Origin: Candidatus Heimdallarchaeota archaeon
Lineage (GTDB): Archaea; Asgardarchaeota; Heimdallarchaeia; Heimdallarchaeales; Heimdallarchaeaceae
DNA length: 64,000 bases
Direction of reading: 5' to 3'
NCBI GenBank assembly: GCA_016840095.1
Contig: JAEOSZ010000040.1
Location: forward strand, 1-64,000
This document shows, one piece after another, positions 37,174 to 47,739 of the stretch. The first letter of the stretch is position 1. Each line of letters opens with the position of its first letter. Position numbers and translations under genes: made by a program. Below the pieces are notes generated by a model that did no database searches, was not told the DNA's origin, and was given only the letters and a program-made list of their open reading frames with translations.

Positions 37174-38121
37174 TTAGATTTTTGGCATGATTTTATCCGC
37201 AAAAATCTTTATTTGTTGAACTTCTTCATTTTGAGGGAAAAACATTATGAAATGATCTACACCAATTTTCTTGTAATCCTTCAATTTAGCTACAATTTCA
37301 TCTGGAGTCCCATGAACAATGTTAGCCAAACGCTTCTCCAGCTCCTCAACAGAAACTTTTTGATGTTCAGCAGTTTCTTTCAGATGTTTCTTCTTCTCAT
37401 CTTCATCCTTGTAAATCTGCGACCAAGCTCCATAAGATTTTTTCATAATTTTTGGATCTCTTCCGTGTTCAACCATCATATTATCAAGTTTGTAGAATTT
37501 CTGTTCTAAATCATCAACAGATACTGCCCATGCAAAGTTTACTCCTTCCCCATATTTTGCTGTAAGATTGAGAATCTTATCTTTACCACTACCTACACCA
37601 ATCCAGATAGTAGGATGAGGTTTTTGTAAAGGTTTAGGTGCTGCTACTGCATCCTTAATTTTGTAGTATTTTCCATCAAAAGTTGTTCTTTCTTCAGTCC
37701 AAAGACTCTTAATAATCTGAAGAGCTTCTTCAAACATTGCTAAACGAACACCACCACTTGGGAATTCTATTCCATACTGATTGAATTCCACTTCTTTCCA
37801 TCCTGTTCCAAATCCAAACTCTATTCTCCCATTGCTGAAGTGATCAAGTGTTGCTATTTGTTTAGCTAATACAGCTGGATATCTATATAGATTGCAAAGA
37901 ACTAAAGGACCTATTCTTAGTTTCTCTGTTTTCGCAGCTGCTCCCATCATAGCTGCTATACATTCGAAGCAATTCTGGTCTACTGAATCAGCTCTAAGAA
38001 GAAAATGATCTGAAAACCAGGTATGAGTAAAGCTATTTTTCTCAGCTGCTTGAACTATATCGTAAATTTCTTTCCAATTATACCCCATCTGAGGTTCAAT
38101 TTGTACTCCGAAAGTAGTCAT
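37174..38121 (-). CDS. LLM-class, probably F420-dependent oxidoreductase (tandem paralog)
   Basis: Same motifs; highly similar to neighbour. Confidence 0.9.
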   Translation of the reverse strand: MTTFGVQIEPQMGYNWKEIYDIVQAAEKNSFTHTWFSDHFLLRADSVDQNCFECIAAMMGAAAKTEKLRIGPLVLCNLYRYPAVLAKQIATLDHFSNGRIEFGFGTGWKEVEFNQYGIEFPSGGVRLAMFEEALQIIKSLWTEERTTFDGKYYKIKDAVAAPKPLQKPHPTIWIGVGSGKDKILNLTAKYGEGVNFAWAVSVDDLEQKFYKLDNMMVEHGRDPKIMKKSYGAWSQIYKDEDEKKKHLKETAEHQKVSVEELEKRLANIVHGTPDEIVAKLKDYKKIGVDHFIMFFPQNEEVQQIKIFADKIMPKI

Positions 38122-38218
38122 AGTTTTTACTTTTATTGGATTTTAATAAGTTTTTAGTAAAATTTGATAGCTGGACAGTGAAAAGGAATAATTAAATAAT
38201 AGTACCCGTAAAATATTA

Positions 38219-38632
38219 TTGATGTCAGTTATAAAATTCTTTGATGACATGGAAGTAGATAACTTCCTATGGTTATCAGCAGCATTCGTAATCTTATTCG
38301 CTTCTGGTTTTGTCATAGGATTCATTAGAGACTATTTATGGATGGTAATTCTAGCAGCTGTAGTAGCAGGATTATTCCTTATTTGGTGTTCAATGTATGT
38401 GATTATCAACAGAAAAGAATGGAAAAAGGAAAAGGAAATTCTAGTAGAATTACCAAGCTTTCCTGAACCTGATTTCTGTGACATGTGCAGTAAAGAATTG
38501 GAGGGAGGAGAAAGAAGAACTGATGGAGAGTTCTTGATAATCATATGCCCTCATTGTAAAGCTGAAAATATTGTATCAAGTGAAGCTAAGATACAAGAAG
38601 TAGAGAAAACAATAGAGGGAGAAGAAGAGTAA
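38219..38632 (+). CDS. 2-TM membrane protein with zinc ribbon
   Basis: Two TMs; CDMC...CPHC. Confidence 0.8.
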   Translation: MMSVIKFFDDMEVDNFLWLSAAFVILFASGFVIGFIRDYLWMVILAAVVAGLFLIWCSMYVIINRKEWKKEKEILVELPSFPEPDFCDMCSKELEGGERRTDGEFLIIICPHCKAENIVSSEAKIQEVEKTIEGEEE

Positions 38633-38634
38633 AT

Positions 38635-39879
38635 ATGCCCAGAGAATTTCCAATAGTTAAACCTATGATTATAACTTATGCAGTTTCTATGCTAGTTCTT
38701 GTACTAACAGCAGGATATCATCATACTCAAGGATTTATTGAGATGTTTGCTGTTATTTTCATAACTCCAGTGTGTATAATAGCTCTAGTAGGTTTTGAAT
38801 GGACTTTCAAACCTATTAGCAGATGGTTTAAGAGGAATCGTTACAATTTTGACTATAGTATATTAGAATTAGTTTGGGTAATCATACTACAAGCAGCTTT
38901 TTGTTTTGGTTTACTGCTTTCCTGGAGCAATTTCTTTTCTATAGGTAGAATAGAAGTTTTAGTTTTTAGTCTTACTACTATATTTCCTTCATCTTTCTTT
39001 ATTTTCTATCTTATATCTTGGATAAGGTATAGAAGGAAAGATGTTGTTACCAGTGATTTAGATGTAATTATCAAGAAAACTTCCTGGTTAGAATCAAAAA
39101 AGAAAATCGAAACTGAATATGATTTCGAAAGCAAAATCTTAATTCCGGGGTTAACTTCTGAGAATATTATTGATCAAGATAAACTTAGTATCACATACGA
39201 AGTTCCCTCCAAGCACAGGTATTATGATGTATTTACTAAACTCAAAATTGATTATATAGATTATCTGAAAGCTTTACGTCTTACTATGAAATTAAAGTCA
39301 GATTCTTTGCTTTCACTTAGTATTAAAAGAAGAGACACTGCATTTTCACATTTAAAAGAGGAACTAGTGATTCCTCGTTTATCTAATGTATATGTACTAG
39401 ATAGTTCAACTCCAGAGGTGTGGGGTAATCTCTTTAATGATACTTTATTTAGACAAAGCTTACTCATGCTCAGACCACATTTGGATCAATTTTCATTGAA
39501 AGGAGAATATGTTGAAGTTGTAATTTATTCAGAGAAAGCAATTCTAAAAGTTCTTGATTGGGTGATGGATCTTAATCCTTCAATGGAAAAGTTAACTGGA
39601 GAACTAGAAGTAACAAGAGCAGAAAAAATGCTTTGTTATAGTTGTCAAGATCCGTTTGACCCATTTGAAGAAATTTGTGGTAAATGCGGAAGTCCTAGAC
39701 CTAGATGCATTATTTGCTTCCAAGATCTCAAACCTGAAGTTGATATTGATGTAGTCATCTTACCTTGCTGTAAGATTTATGCCCACAAAGATCATATGAC
39801 TCTTTGGTTTACTCGAAAAACAAATTGTCCTAATTGTCATGCTGATCTTAGCAGATGGGCAAATGAAATAAGAATATAA
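38635..39879 (+). CDS. 4-TM protein with zinc ribbon + variant RING finger (putative E3 ligase)
   Basis: CYSCQDPFDP..EICGKCG.PRPRCIIC...PCC.IYAHKDH...W....CPNC. Confidence 0.85.
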   Translation: MPREFPIVKPMIITYAVSMLVLVLTAGYHHTQGFIEMFAVIFITPVCIIALVGFEWTFKPISRWFKRNRYNFDYSILELVWVIILQAAFCFGLLLSWSNFFSIGRIEVLVFSLTTIFPSSFFIFYLISWIRYRRKDVVTSDLDVIIKKTSWLESKKKIETEYDFESKILIPGLTSENIIDQDKLSITYEVPSKHRYYDVFTKLKIDYIDYLKALRLTMKLKSDSLLSLSIKRRDTAFSHLKEELVIPRLSNVYVLDSSTPEVWGNLFNDTLFRQSLLMLRPHLDQFSLKGEYVEVVIYSEKAILKVLDWVMDLNPSMEKLTGELEVTRAEKMLCYSCQDPFDPFEEICGKCGSPRPRCIICFQDLKPEVDIDVVILPCCKIYAHKDHMTLWFTRKTNCPNCHADLSRWANEIRI

Positions 39880-39920
39880 AAAAAGGTGTATGTACATATA
39901 AGATTCAAGCAGAAAAGGAG

Positions 39921-40862
39921 TTGAATGTGGTGGTTGATGTTACAGATTTTCTATATTTGATTTTTTTAGTTGTTATTGCTTTTATTGCAATTCCTATAAG
40001 TAGATCGAGAAAGAAAAAAAGAGAACAAAGAGCAAGACAACATCAAACGTATAAAAGCTATACTCAACCTCAGCCAGGATATGCTGCTTATCAACAAAAA
40101 AAAGCGATAGATTTTGACAGTATTTTGCGTAATCTTAGGATTACTGATACTTCTTCTGTCGATAGAGCTCTTAACGGAATTCAATTAGTACTTCCAAAAG
40201 ACAATCCCTATTCATTATTTTCAGATATTAAAATCATTCAACATAGAAATAATGCCATCAAAATTTATGCAACTTTATCTAGAGTTATTCCTTCTGATTT
40301 GGAAGTGAGAAATAAGCAGAAAGTTTTTTCTTCGGGCGTAAATGAAATACGAGTACCTCAATTAGCTAGTACATACAATATCTCAACAGAAAAAGGAGAA
40401 ATGTGGGCAAGCATACTATCTATCGATAAGTCTGTAGATCACTTGTTATCCTTACAGTATGAACTAGAATATTTCTACCTAAGAGAAGATTATTTTGAAT
40501 CAGTAGTTTATTCTGAAGCTGGTGTTTTCAGTGTGCTCAATTTTATCAAATTTCTACATTTCAATATCAAGAATCTTTTTGTTGATGTGAAAGATTATGA
40601 CGTTGAGCAACTAAAATGTTACAATTGTGAAGATCCATTTGATCCATTGGAAGAAATATGCGATAAATGCGGAGCACCACGACCTCGTTGCTTGATCTGT
40701 TATCAAGATTTGAAACCTTCAGAAAAACAAGAAGTAGTTCAGGTACCTTGTTGTAGTATTTATACTCACAAAGACCATATGTTAGCTTGGTTAAAGAAAA
40801 ATAAAAAATGTCCAAATTGTCACCAAGATCTAAGTCATTGGGCAAATAAGCTAATGCTGTAA
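39921..40862 (+). CDS. 1-TM protein with zinc ribbon + variant RING finger (paralog 2)
   Basis: CYNCEDPFDPLEEICDKCG.PRPRCLIC...PCC.IYTHKDH..W....CPNC. Confidence 0.85.
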   Translation: MNVVVDVTDFLYLIFLVVIAFIAIPISRSRKKKREQRARQHQTYKSYTQPQPGYAAYQQKKAIDFDSILRNLRITDTSSVDRALNGIQLVLPKDNPYSLFSDIKIIQHRNNAIKIYATLSRVIPSDLEVRNKQKVFSSGVNEIRVPQLASTYNISTEKGEMWASILSIDKSVDHLLSLQYELEYFYLREDYFESVVYSEAGVFSVLNFIKFLHFNIKNLFVDVKDYDVEQLKCYNCEDPFDPLEEICDKCGAPRPRCLICYQDLKPSEKQEVVQVPCCSIYTHKDHMLAWLKKNKKCPNCHQDLSHWANKLML

Positions 40863-41001
40863 AAGCAAAATCATCTAAGAGAAATCTATTTGTTAAACAA
40901 TTTTTAAAATATGGTTTATCTCTTAAAGTAGAACTTATAATAACTTACAAAGCTTGTTAGGATTTATTAAGATAGTATTTTAAAGCTGGAAATACATATT
41001 T

Positions 41002-41946
41002 TTGGTGCAGATGAATTGGTTAGGGATATTTGCTTTAATTTTATGTTCAATATTGTTATTAGTTTTTATTGTGTTAATTCGGTTGAGGTTATTGGATAGA
41101 AGTTATGAAAAATCTCTTAGAAGTCGAAATGAATCAGAATTTTTGGGAATCGAAAAACAGACTTCAAAATCTCTAAAACCAATTATGAATCAACTTAGAA
41201 AATTGGAATTCTTTAATGTAATAATTAATAAGAACACTATAAGAATAGAAGTTGAGGAACATCATAAATTTTCCATTTTTAGGAGAATAAGAATTAAAAA
41301 GAATTTTCTAGGTAGTATAGATATTAATGCTACACTAAGTAAGAGTTTTCCTGATCGGTTAATAATTTTTGCTCGAGGTTACCCAATGTATCATGATCTT
41401 TCAAAATTTACTATAGGTGGATTAGAAAAACTATATGATTTTTATTCAAATGATCCATCTTTCTGGGAAGTGATTCTGAATAATACTGTTAGTCAAACAT
41501 GTTTGATGAATCTTGGTTTAAACATGAAGCAATTATACATAACAGAAGACATGATTGAAACAAGTTTAGTGAAAAAGACAGATTTTGAAAATTTTGCTAA
41601 ACTGATAATAAGTTTAGAAGTAAAAATACTAACTTCTCACAAGGTTTTTGAAGAGACCGTAATAGAAGATTTGGTTTGTTATTCCTGTGGAAATCCGTTT
41701 GATCCTTTGGAGGAAGTTTGTGAAGAGTGTGGAGCTCCAAGACCAAGATGTATAATTTGTTATCAGAAGCTAGACACGCTTGAAAAAGATATTGTAGAAC
41801 TAGCATGTTGTAACATTTATGCACACAAAGAACATCTGATTCAATGGTTAAATACTAGACCAAAATGTCCAAATTGCCAGAAAAACATTCAAAAGTGGTT
41901 TAACGAGTTCATTCGATTTGAAGATCTCAAACAACTTTCAATCTAG
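41002..41946 (+). CDS. 1-TM protein with zinc ribbon + variant RING finger (paralog 3)
   Basis: CYSCGNPFDPLEEVCEECG.PRPRCIIC...ACC.IYAHKEH..W....CPNC. Confidence 0.85.
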   Translation: MVQMNWLGIFALILCSILLLVFIVLIRLRLLDRSYEKSLRSRNESEFLGIEKQTSKSLKPIMNQLRKLEFFNVIINKNTIRIEVEEHHKFSIFRRIRIKKNFLGSIDINATLSKSFPDRLIIFARGYPMYHDLSKFTIGGLEKLYDFYSNDPSFWEVILNNTVSQTCLMNLGLNMKQLYITEDMIETSLVKKTDFENFAKLIISLEVKILTSHKVFEETVIEDLVCYSCGNPFDPLEEVCEECGAPRPRCIICYQKLDTLEKDIVELACCNIYAHKEHLIQWLNTRPKCPNCQKNIQKWFNEFIRFEDLKQLSI

Positions 41947-42110
41947 ATATGGAATTACACATAAAAATATGAAATTATCATTTCCAACATTTTTGTATCC
42001 ATGAGGTTTCAATAATAAAATATGCTTTCTCAATTTTTCAGAAGTAGTTTAAGGCAAAGGCTTATTTATTTCTGAATCAAAATTACGCTAGAAAATAATG
42101 GTGAATTTAA

Positions 42111-42899
42111 ATGAGTGAAGGATTTTGTCCAGACCATTCTCCTGAATATTATGAGGAATTCTTGCGTGAAATAGAGTATACTAAGGAATTTAGAAAGAAA
42201 ATCTACGAACAAGTAGGAATAAAAGGTGCTAGAAGAGTTCTAGAAGTTGGCTGTAGAAACGGAGTAATAAGTCAGGAATTACGAGATGCTACGAAGGCTC
42301 AGATTACAGCAATAGATGCTGATCATATAAGTATTGCAGATGCTTCTCAAAGAATAAAAGGAATAGAATTTTTTAGAGAAGTAGGAGACAAACTGTCAAT
42401 GCGAGATAATTCTTTTGATATAGTATTTTGTCATTATTTCTTTATCTGGAAACCCAAACCTTTTGGTGTTTTAATGGAATTAAAAAGAGTAGTTAAAGAG
42501 GGAGGTTATGTAGTTGCTCTTGCTGAACCTGATTATCGTGGATGGATAGAAAATCCAGATTTAGGTCTAGGTAAAAATCACATGAAGGCTCTTGAAGAAC
42601 AAGGTGGAAATCCAGGTGTTGGAAGAAGGCTGCTTTCTATATTCTCATCGGGTGGATTAGAAACTGAAATACACATTAACACAAGAATATGGACACAAGA
42701 TGAATTAGAAGGATGTATCGGGCATGAATGGCAAAATGTTTTCGAACAAGGCTTGATAACTGAAGATGAATACAAAGCTAAAGTTGAGGAAGAGAATAAA
42801 ATAATTGCAGAAAAACTACGAGTAGTAGCTCTACCAGTTTTCAGTGCTATAGGTAAGAAAGTAGTTCTTCCTGATGAAGTAATCGACCCATATGATTAA
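42111..42899 (+). CDS. Class I SAM-dependent methyltransferase
   Basis: VLEVGCRNG, DNSFDIV, LMELKRVVKEGG. Confidence 0.88.
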   Translation: MSEGFCPDHSPEYYEEFLREIEYTKEFRKKIYEQVGIKGARRVLEVGCRNGVISQELRDATKAQITAIDADHISIADASQRIKGIEFFREVGDKLSMRDNSFDIVFCHYFFIWKPKPFGVLMELKRVVKEGGYVVALAEPDYRGWIENPDLGLGKNHMKALEEQGGNPGVGRRLLSIFSSGGLETEIHINTRIWTQDELEGCIGHEWQNVFEQGLITEDEYKAKVEEENKIIAEKLRVVALPVFSAIGKKVVLPDEVIDPYD

Positions 42900-43688
42900 C
42901 TAATCTTTTTCAAAAATGACAACTAAGTCATTACTCTCTTTTTCTTTAAACTCGTTTTTTTCATAATCTCCATAAATGCTTAAATGAAGCCTATTTGATG
43001 TGAAATCAGAGAAATCACTATTAGAAGTAACAAAAAATTCAGTTCTTTTTTTATTCAGATCAAACTCTTCAGTTTCAAACCCTCTTTGAAGAATTTTATG
43101 AACATACATTGTTATTTTGTCATACTTATTTTTCCATTCCATCATTCTTACATGGAAGATTAAAGCTCCATCTGAATTTCTTTTTAGACTTGGATTGTAG
43201 AACCATTGTTCATCATCCCTGTGTGAAAGATAATTAACAATCTGAAGAAGCACTATTCCATTATCATTTAGAAGATTGAGCATCTGATTGACTATATTTC
43301 TCCTTTCATCTTTATCAAATATAGAAAGTGTATTTCCAATACAAAAAATAAAATCAAATTTTTCATTGGAGAAATTTTTTTCTAAGTCAAGGATATCTCC
43401 TAAAACGAAATCTATTTTCTCATTACAGTTATTATTTCGAGCAAGCAATCTAGCTTGTTCAACATTCTGTTCTGATATGTCAATGCCTTTACCTGTAAAT
43501 CCCCATTTCGCAAGCATGACCATATGATCTCCAGTTCCACAAGATACATCCAAAATTCTTGCATCTTTCTTTTGCAGTTTCGACAGAATTCCTTGAAAGA
43601 AAGGAGCTTCACGTTTTAATCTAGTATCCCAAGAAACAAGTTCTTTGTAGAGGATTTCATCTTTCCAATCAATATCCATTTCTAACAT
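42900..43688 (-). CDS. Class I SAM-dependent methyltransferase (glycine/sarcosine N-methyltransferase-like)
   Basis: ILDVSCGTG, GIDIS, FDFIFCIGNTL. Confidence 0.88.
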   Translation of the reverse strand: MLEMDIDWKDEILYKELVSWDTRLKREAPFFQGILSKLQKKDARILDVSCGTGDHMVMLAKWGFTGKGIDISEQNVEQARLLARNNNCNEKIDFVLGDILDLEKNFSNEKFDFIFCIGNTLSIFDKDERRNIVNQMLNLLNDNGIVLLQIVNYLSHRDDEQWFYNPSLKRNSDGALIFHVRMMEWKNKYDKITMYVHKILQRGFETEEFDLNKKRTEFFVTSNSDFSDFTSNRLHLSIYGDYEKNEFKEKESNDLVVIFEKD

Positions 43689-43748
43689 GAATCAAATCTC
43701 AAAGTAATTATTAATCTTATTCATAAAGCAAAAATGGGATGAGATTAA

Positions 43749-45143
43749 CTAAACTAGATCATTTAGCTTCTTAGTTATTTCATCCTTATTCAATCGGTCT
43801 GTTTGCTCAATAAAAGTTTCAACTTTTTCTGCATATTCAGAAGTTGTTTCATCATTATCTATGTTACAGATGAAAATCCTGCTATGCTGGGATAACTCTG
43901 GTTTTTCAAATTCATGGAATAATTCTTCAGTTAGTTTTTCACCTGGACGAACGCCAATTATCTCAATTTTTATATCCTCTTTGTCGTAACCATAAATTTG
44001 AAACAATCTATAAATAATATCAAGCATTTTGTAAGGTTTTCCCATATCCAGAACAAATAATTCTCCACCTTGACCTAAAATTGAAGCTTGAACAACTAAT
44101 TGAGCAGCTTCAGTGATAGTCATGAAGAACCTCTCCATCCTTTCATCTGTTAGGAGTACAGGACCGCCATTTTCGATCTGATTTTTGAAAATAGGAATAG
44201 CGCTCCCACTGCTTTCTAAAACATTGCCAAATCTCACTATCATGAATTTTGTAATAGTTGAAGTCTGAGCAAGAATATATTTCTCAATTATTCTCTTTGA
44301 AATCCCCATTACATTGATAGGATGAACTGCTTTATCTGTAGAAACGAAAACGAATTTCTTGATTTCTTCTTCTAGTGCTACTTTAATGAGATTGATTGAG
44401 CCCTGAATATTGTTTTTGACACATTCGTGAGGAAAAAGTTCCATCATACCAACATGTTTGAAAGCTGCGCAATGATAGATAATATCTGGTTTATATTTTC
44501 GAATAATCTTGCTTAATCGTTTCTCATCTCTAATATTGGTTAGAACTGGAATAAAGTTAATATCCTTATAGTTTTGAATCATAGAATTCTTAAGTTCAAA
44601 AAGTGGTGTTTCAGCAACATCTAATCCGATGATTTTTTTTGGAAAACATCCAGCTAATTGATAACAGATTTCAGATCCGATTGAACCTGCAGCACCTGTA
44701 ATTAAAATTGTATAATTTCCAATTTCTTTCATTGAATCTTCAGTTAGAACATTTTCAATAGGTGCTCGTATTAGATCATGCACACTAATTTCTCTTGGTG
44801 CTGAAATTGTATTTATTCTTAGGTTCTGGAATATTGGAGGAACAATCATGAAACTAGAATTTGTCTGATAAATGATGTCAACTATACGTGTTATGGTTTT
44901 TCCAGGAGCGGAAGGTATAGCAATAATTGATAAGTCTATATTGAACATTTTAATTATTTCTGGTATTTGCTCTGTATTTCCTAGAATATCCAGATTTTCT
45001 ATTTTTTCTCCCATCTTTTTTGGATCATCATCTATAAAACCAACAACTCGGTAATTCTTGTATCTGGGTTGGGTAAGTTCTGCTAAAAGCAATACACCAG
45101 CTTTTCCTGCACCAATAATTAAAACATTAGAAGATTGGCTCAT
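43749..45143 (-). CDS. UDP-GlcNAc 4,6-dehydratase-like polysaccharide biosynthesis protein (CapD/PglF type, no N-terminal TMs)
   Basis: IIGAGKAG..GFIDDD; ITGAAGSIGSE, AAFKHV, STDKAV.P.NVMG.SK, RFGNVL, RPGEKL.EEL. Confidence 0.92.
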   Translation of the reverse strand: MSQSSNVLIIGAGKAGVLLLAELTQPRYKNYRVVGFIDDDPKKMGEKIENLDILGNTEQIPEIIKMFNIDLSIIAIPSAPGKTITRIVDIIYQTNSSFMIVPPIFQNLRINTISAPREISVHDLIRAPIENVLTEDSMKEIGNYTILITGAAGSIGSEICYQLAGCFPKKIIGLDVAETPLFELKNSMIQNYKDINFIPVLTNIRDEKRLSKIIRKYKPDIIYHCAAFKHVGMMELFPHECVKNNIQGSINLIKVALEEEIKKFVFVSTDKAVHPINVMGISKRIIEKYILAQTSTITKFMIVRFGNVLESSGSAIPIFKNQIENGGPVLLTDERMERFFMTITEAAQLVVQASILGQGGELFVLDMGKPYKMLDIIYRLFQIYGYDKEDIKIEIIGVRPGEKLTEELFHEFEKPELSQHSRIFICNIDNDETTSEYAEKVETFIEQTDRLNKDEITKKLNDLV

Positions 45144-45194
45144 TGTAATTGAGTTTGTATTTGATGTTTTTTAAAGTTTTGAAAGCAATTGATG

Positions 45195-46196
45195 TTAGTC
45201 AAAAATCGATTTAATGGAATCCTCAATAGTATACTTGGGTTGATAACTGCAACATTTAGCCAGTTTTGTGTTATCTATCCAACTTTTTGTTGGAGCTCTT
45301 TCAGAATCGGTGTATGTGATTATTGAACGTTTTTCAAAGATTTGTTCATATTTATTTATTAGATCAATGTTTGAAATCGGTTGATTAGCAGAAATATTGA
45401 AAACTTCTCCTTCTATTCCAGTCATTTCTTGTAGTAAAATCAAAGCTGAACAAGTGTCCCTCACATCAATATAATCTCTTACATCTTCAGGATGGGATAT
45501 TTCAATTTTAAGTGTCTTTTCATGTTCATAGAATTTATCGTTCAAGTAGCCTGACAGTAGTTGGTTGGAAACACCTTTTCCGATGAATGAAGCAGGTCTT
45601 GTACAGATTACATCGATACCATATTTTTCGTGGAAGTTAAGAGCTAGATTCTCTTGTTCCTGTTTAGTTTTCCCATAGATGCTCATTGGGTTAATTCGAT
45701 CTTCTTCCCTAAGTGGTTTGTCTATTTCCTCAAAGGTTCCATATTGAGCAGAAGAACCTAAGATTAATAATCTACTCTCTATTTCAGCATCTCTAAATCC
45801 TTCTATGAATCTTTGAAAAGATTCAACATTGGTTGCGTACATTTCTTCTTTTGTTCCCCGGAATAAACCTATTAGATGAAAAACTAAATCTGGTTCTATC
45901 GATTTGATTTTCTCTTTCCAGCTGATTTCAGAGTTAAAGTTCAACGTCTCAAAATTATAATCAATTCCTTCAATTGCATTGAGATCAAAACCGTTTATTT
46001 CCCAATCAGGTCTCATGGATTTAATGTGACTTACTAAATTCTGTCCTAGAAATCCAGTTGAACCAGAGATTAATACTCTCATCAGAAGAGGATTAATTAC
46101 TTGCTTTAATAAATTTATCCAAAATGGAAGGTTATTTCTTCTTTGGATTATAAAGACTGAGACAAATCTCATCAAATTTCTTGAGAAATTTATCAT
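45195..46196 (-). CDS. NAD-dependent sugar epimerase/reductase (RMD-like SDR)
   Basis: ISGSTGFLG, GSSAQYG, YGKTK, RDYIDVRD; real start probably the internal MRVLIS. Confidence 0.88.
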   Translation of the reverse strand: MINFSRNLMRFVSVFIIQRRNNLPFWINLLKQVINPLLMRVLISGSTGFLGQNLVSHIKSMRPDWEINGFDLNAIEGIDYNFETLNFNSEISWKEKIKSIEPDLVFHLIGLFRGTKEEMYATNVESFQRFIEGFRDAEIESRLLILGSSAQYGTFEEIDKPLREEDRINPMSIYGKTKQEQENLALNFHEKYGIDVICTRPASFIGKGVSNQLLSGYLNDKFYEHEKTLKIEISHPEDVRDYIDVRDTCSALILLQEMTGIEGEVFNISANQPISNIDLINKYEQIFEKRSIITYTDSERAPTKSWIDNTKLAKCCSYQPKYTIEDSIKSIFD

Positions 46197-47061
46197 AGTG
46201 AAATTGCTTGTTGAATAGTTCTATTCCCTTTTTGTTCACTACATTATCATTTTGAATTTTGATTAATTCATATACTACATCTTCATTTGTTTCACAAAGA
46301 ATTACTCCAGGTAGAGGATAATTATGAATTACATACCTTCCTTTGGAATAAGCTTCAACAATTATTTTTGGAAAACCATCATGTTCTGTCATTCTTACAA
46401 TTACGCTTATTTTTGGCCATAATTCGTTCAAGTCTACATAGCCAAGAAAATGGAGATTGACTTTATCATACTTCTTCTTATACTTCTCTGGTTTGAAATG
46501 TCCAACAAAATAGAAATCTATATAATCGAGATTTTCGGAGATTTCAACAACTCTTTTAACGCCATAGAGTTTTTCTCGTCCTTCAATAAAATAGACTAAA
46601 GCTCCTACTCGTTTTGGCATTTGTATTTCCTCAGGTTCTATATCTGAACCATGAAAAAGTTCTATGCTTTCAATTCCTTTGTCCGTTAATTCATCCTTTA
46701 TCCTACTAGAAACTGCGATGTGCAAGTCTATAAATTTTGAAAAAATCTTTGTTTGTAATTTTCTTTTTAAACCTTGATTTGCTAGAACAGAGTCAGAACC
46801 AACCCAATGACATATCGTTTTTTTCCTCTTTAGTTTCCCAATAACAAACCAAGGCCAAGCTGATTGAAAGTATGCTCCTAAAATGATGTCAACATTTTTG
46901 ATTAATTTTCCTTTAGGTAAATGTGTAGTTGGTAAAAGAATTGTATTATATCCTCTCTTTGAAAGTGCTTGATTTAGTGATTCTGTATGTGCTCCAACTA
47001 GAGCTATTTTTACATCTTTAACTGAACTAGGAATAGTCACTAATTTCAACTCTTTTTGCAA
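46132..47061 (-). CDS. Glycosyltransferase (GT-B, family 4-like)
   Basis: HWVGSD, AVS, FLGYV, HDGFPKIIVEAYSKG. Confidence 0.8.
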   Translation of the reverse strand: MQKELKLVTIPSSVKDVKIALVGAHTESLNQALSKRGYNTILLPTTHLPKGKLIKNVDIILGAYFQSAWPWFVIGKLKRKKTICHWVGSDSVLANQGLKRKLQTKIFSKFIDLHIAVSSRIKDELTDKGIESIELFHGSDIEPEEIQMPKRVGALVYFIEGREKLYGVKRVVEISENLDYIDFYFVGHFKPEKYKKKYDKVNLHFLGYVDLNELWPKISVIVRMTEHDGFPKIIVEAYSKGRYVIHNYPLPGVILCETNEDVVYELIKIQNDNVVNKKGIELFNKQFHYDKFLKKFDEICLSLYNPKKK

Positions 47062-47132
47062 TCAGAGCTATCATAAACTAGCTTATTAAATTTATTGATA
47101 AACAGTGTTCATTATAGTAATTGAATCTAGTT

Positions 47133-47657
47133 CTATAGAGAATAACTCTTGAGTTTATTCATCTCCGAATTCATCAGATTCTTCGCTTCTGATAGTCCCT
47201 TATTCATTTTAAGTGCATTTTTATAGCAATTAATTGCTTCCTCTCCGGTGTGAATCTTTCCTAAATTCAACCAATCAACACTTGATTGAGGTTTCTTATC
47301 ATCAAGTACATATTTCAAACAATCACATGGTTCCCCAAATTCAACAAATACCATTTCTTGATCAATGAATTGTGTTGAACCAGGAGGTAAAACTGATGTA
47401 AAAAACTCATCTTTATACTGAGGATGTTGATGTTTTTTGGATACCAACCATATCCATCTTGGAGGATCCATGTATGTAAGTAAGACATGTGTCTTATGCT
47501 CAATTTTTGTCTTACATTTAGGACAATAAGAAAAGTTAATTTTCCCTTCAATAACATCATTAATGACTCTCGGATTTTCAGATAAATTGATAGCTTCCCC
47601 GATTCTCTTCTTTACTTTAGCACCACACTTATGACACCCAATCTCTTTTAACGGCAA
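47133..47657 (-). CDS. CpXC-type zinc-binding protein with C-terminal TPR-like helix pair
   Basis: CHKCG..IN...NP...CPKC..YMDP; W..LG...EAINCYKNAL. Confidence 0.75.
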   Translation of the reverse strand: MPLKEIGCHKCGAKVKKRIGEAINLSENPRVINDVIEGKINFSYCPKCKTKIEHKTHVLLTYMDPPRWIWLVSKKHQHPQYKDEFFTSVLPPGSTQFIDQEMVFVEFGEPCDCLKYVLDDKKPQSSVDWLNLGKIHTGEEAINCYKNALKMNKGLSEAKNLMNSEMNKLKSYSL

Positions 47658-47739
47658 TTTGAACCCCTACTTCTATTTTATTATCAATAATTACATAAGT
47701 TAACATCATTTATATAATTTATTATTCACTTCTACTAGA

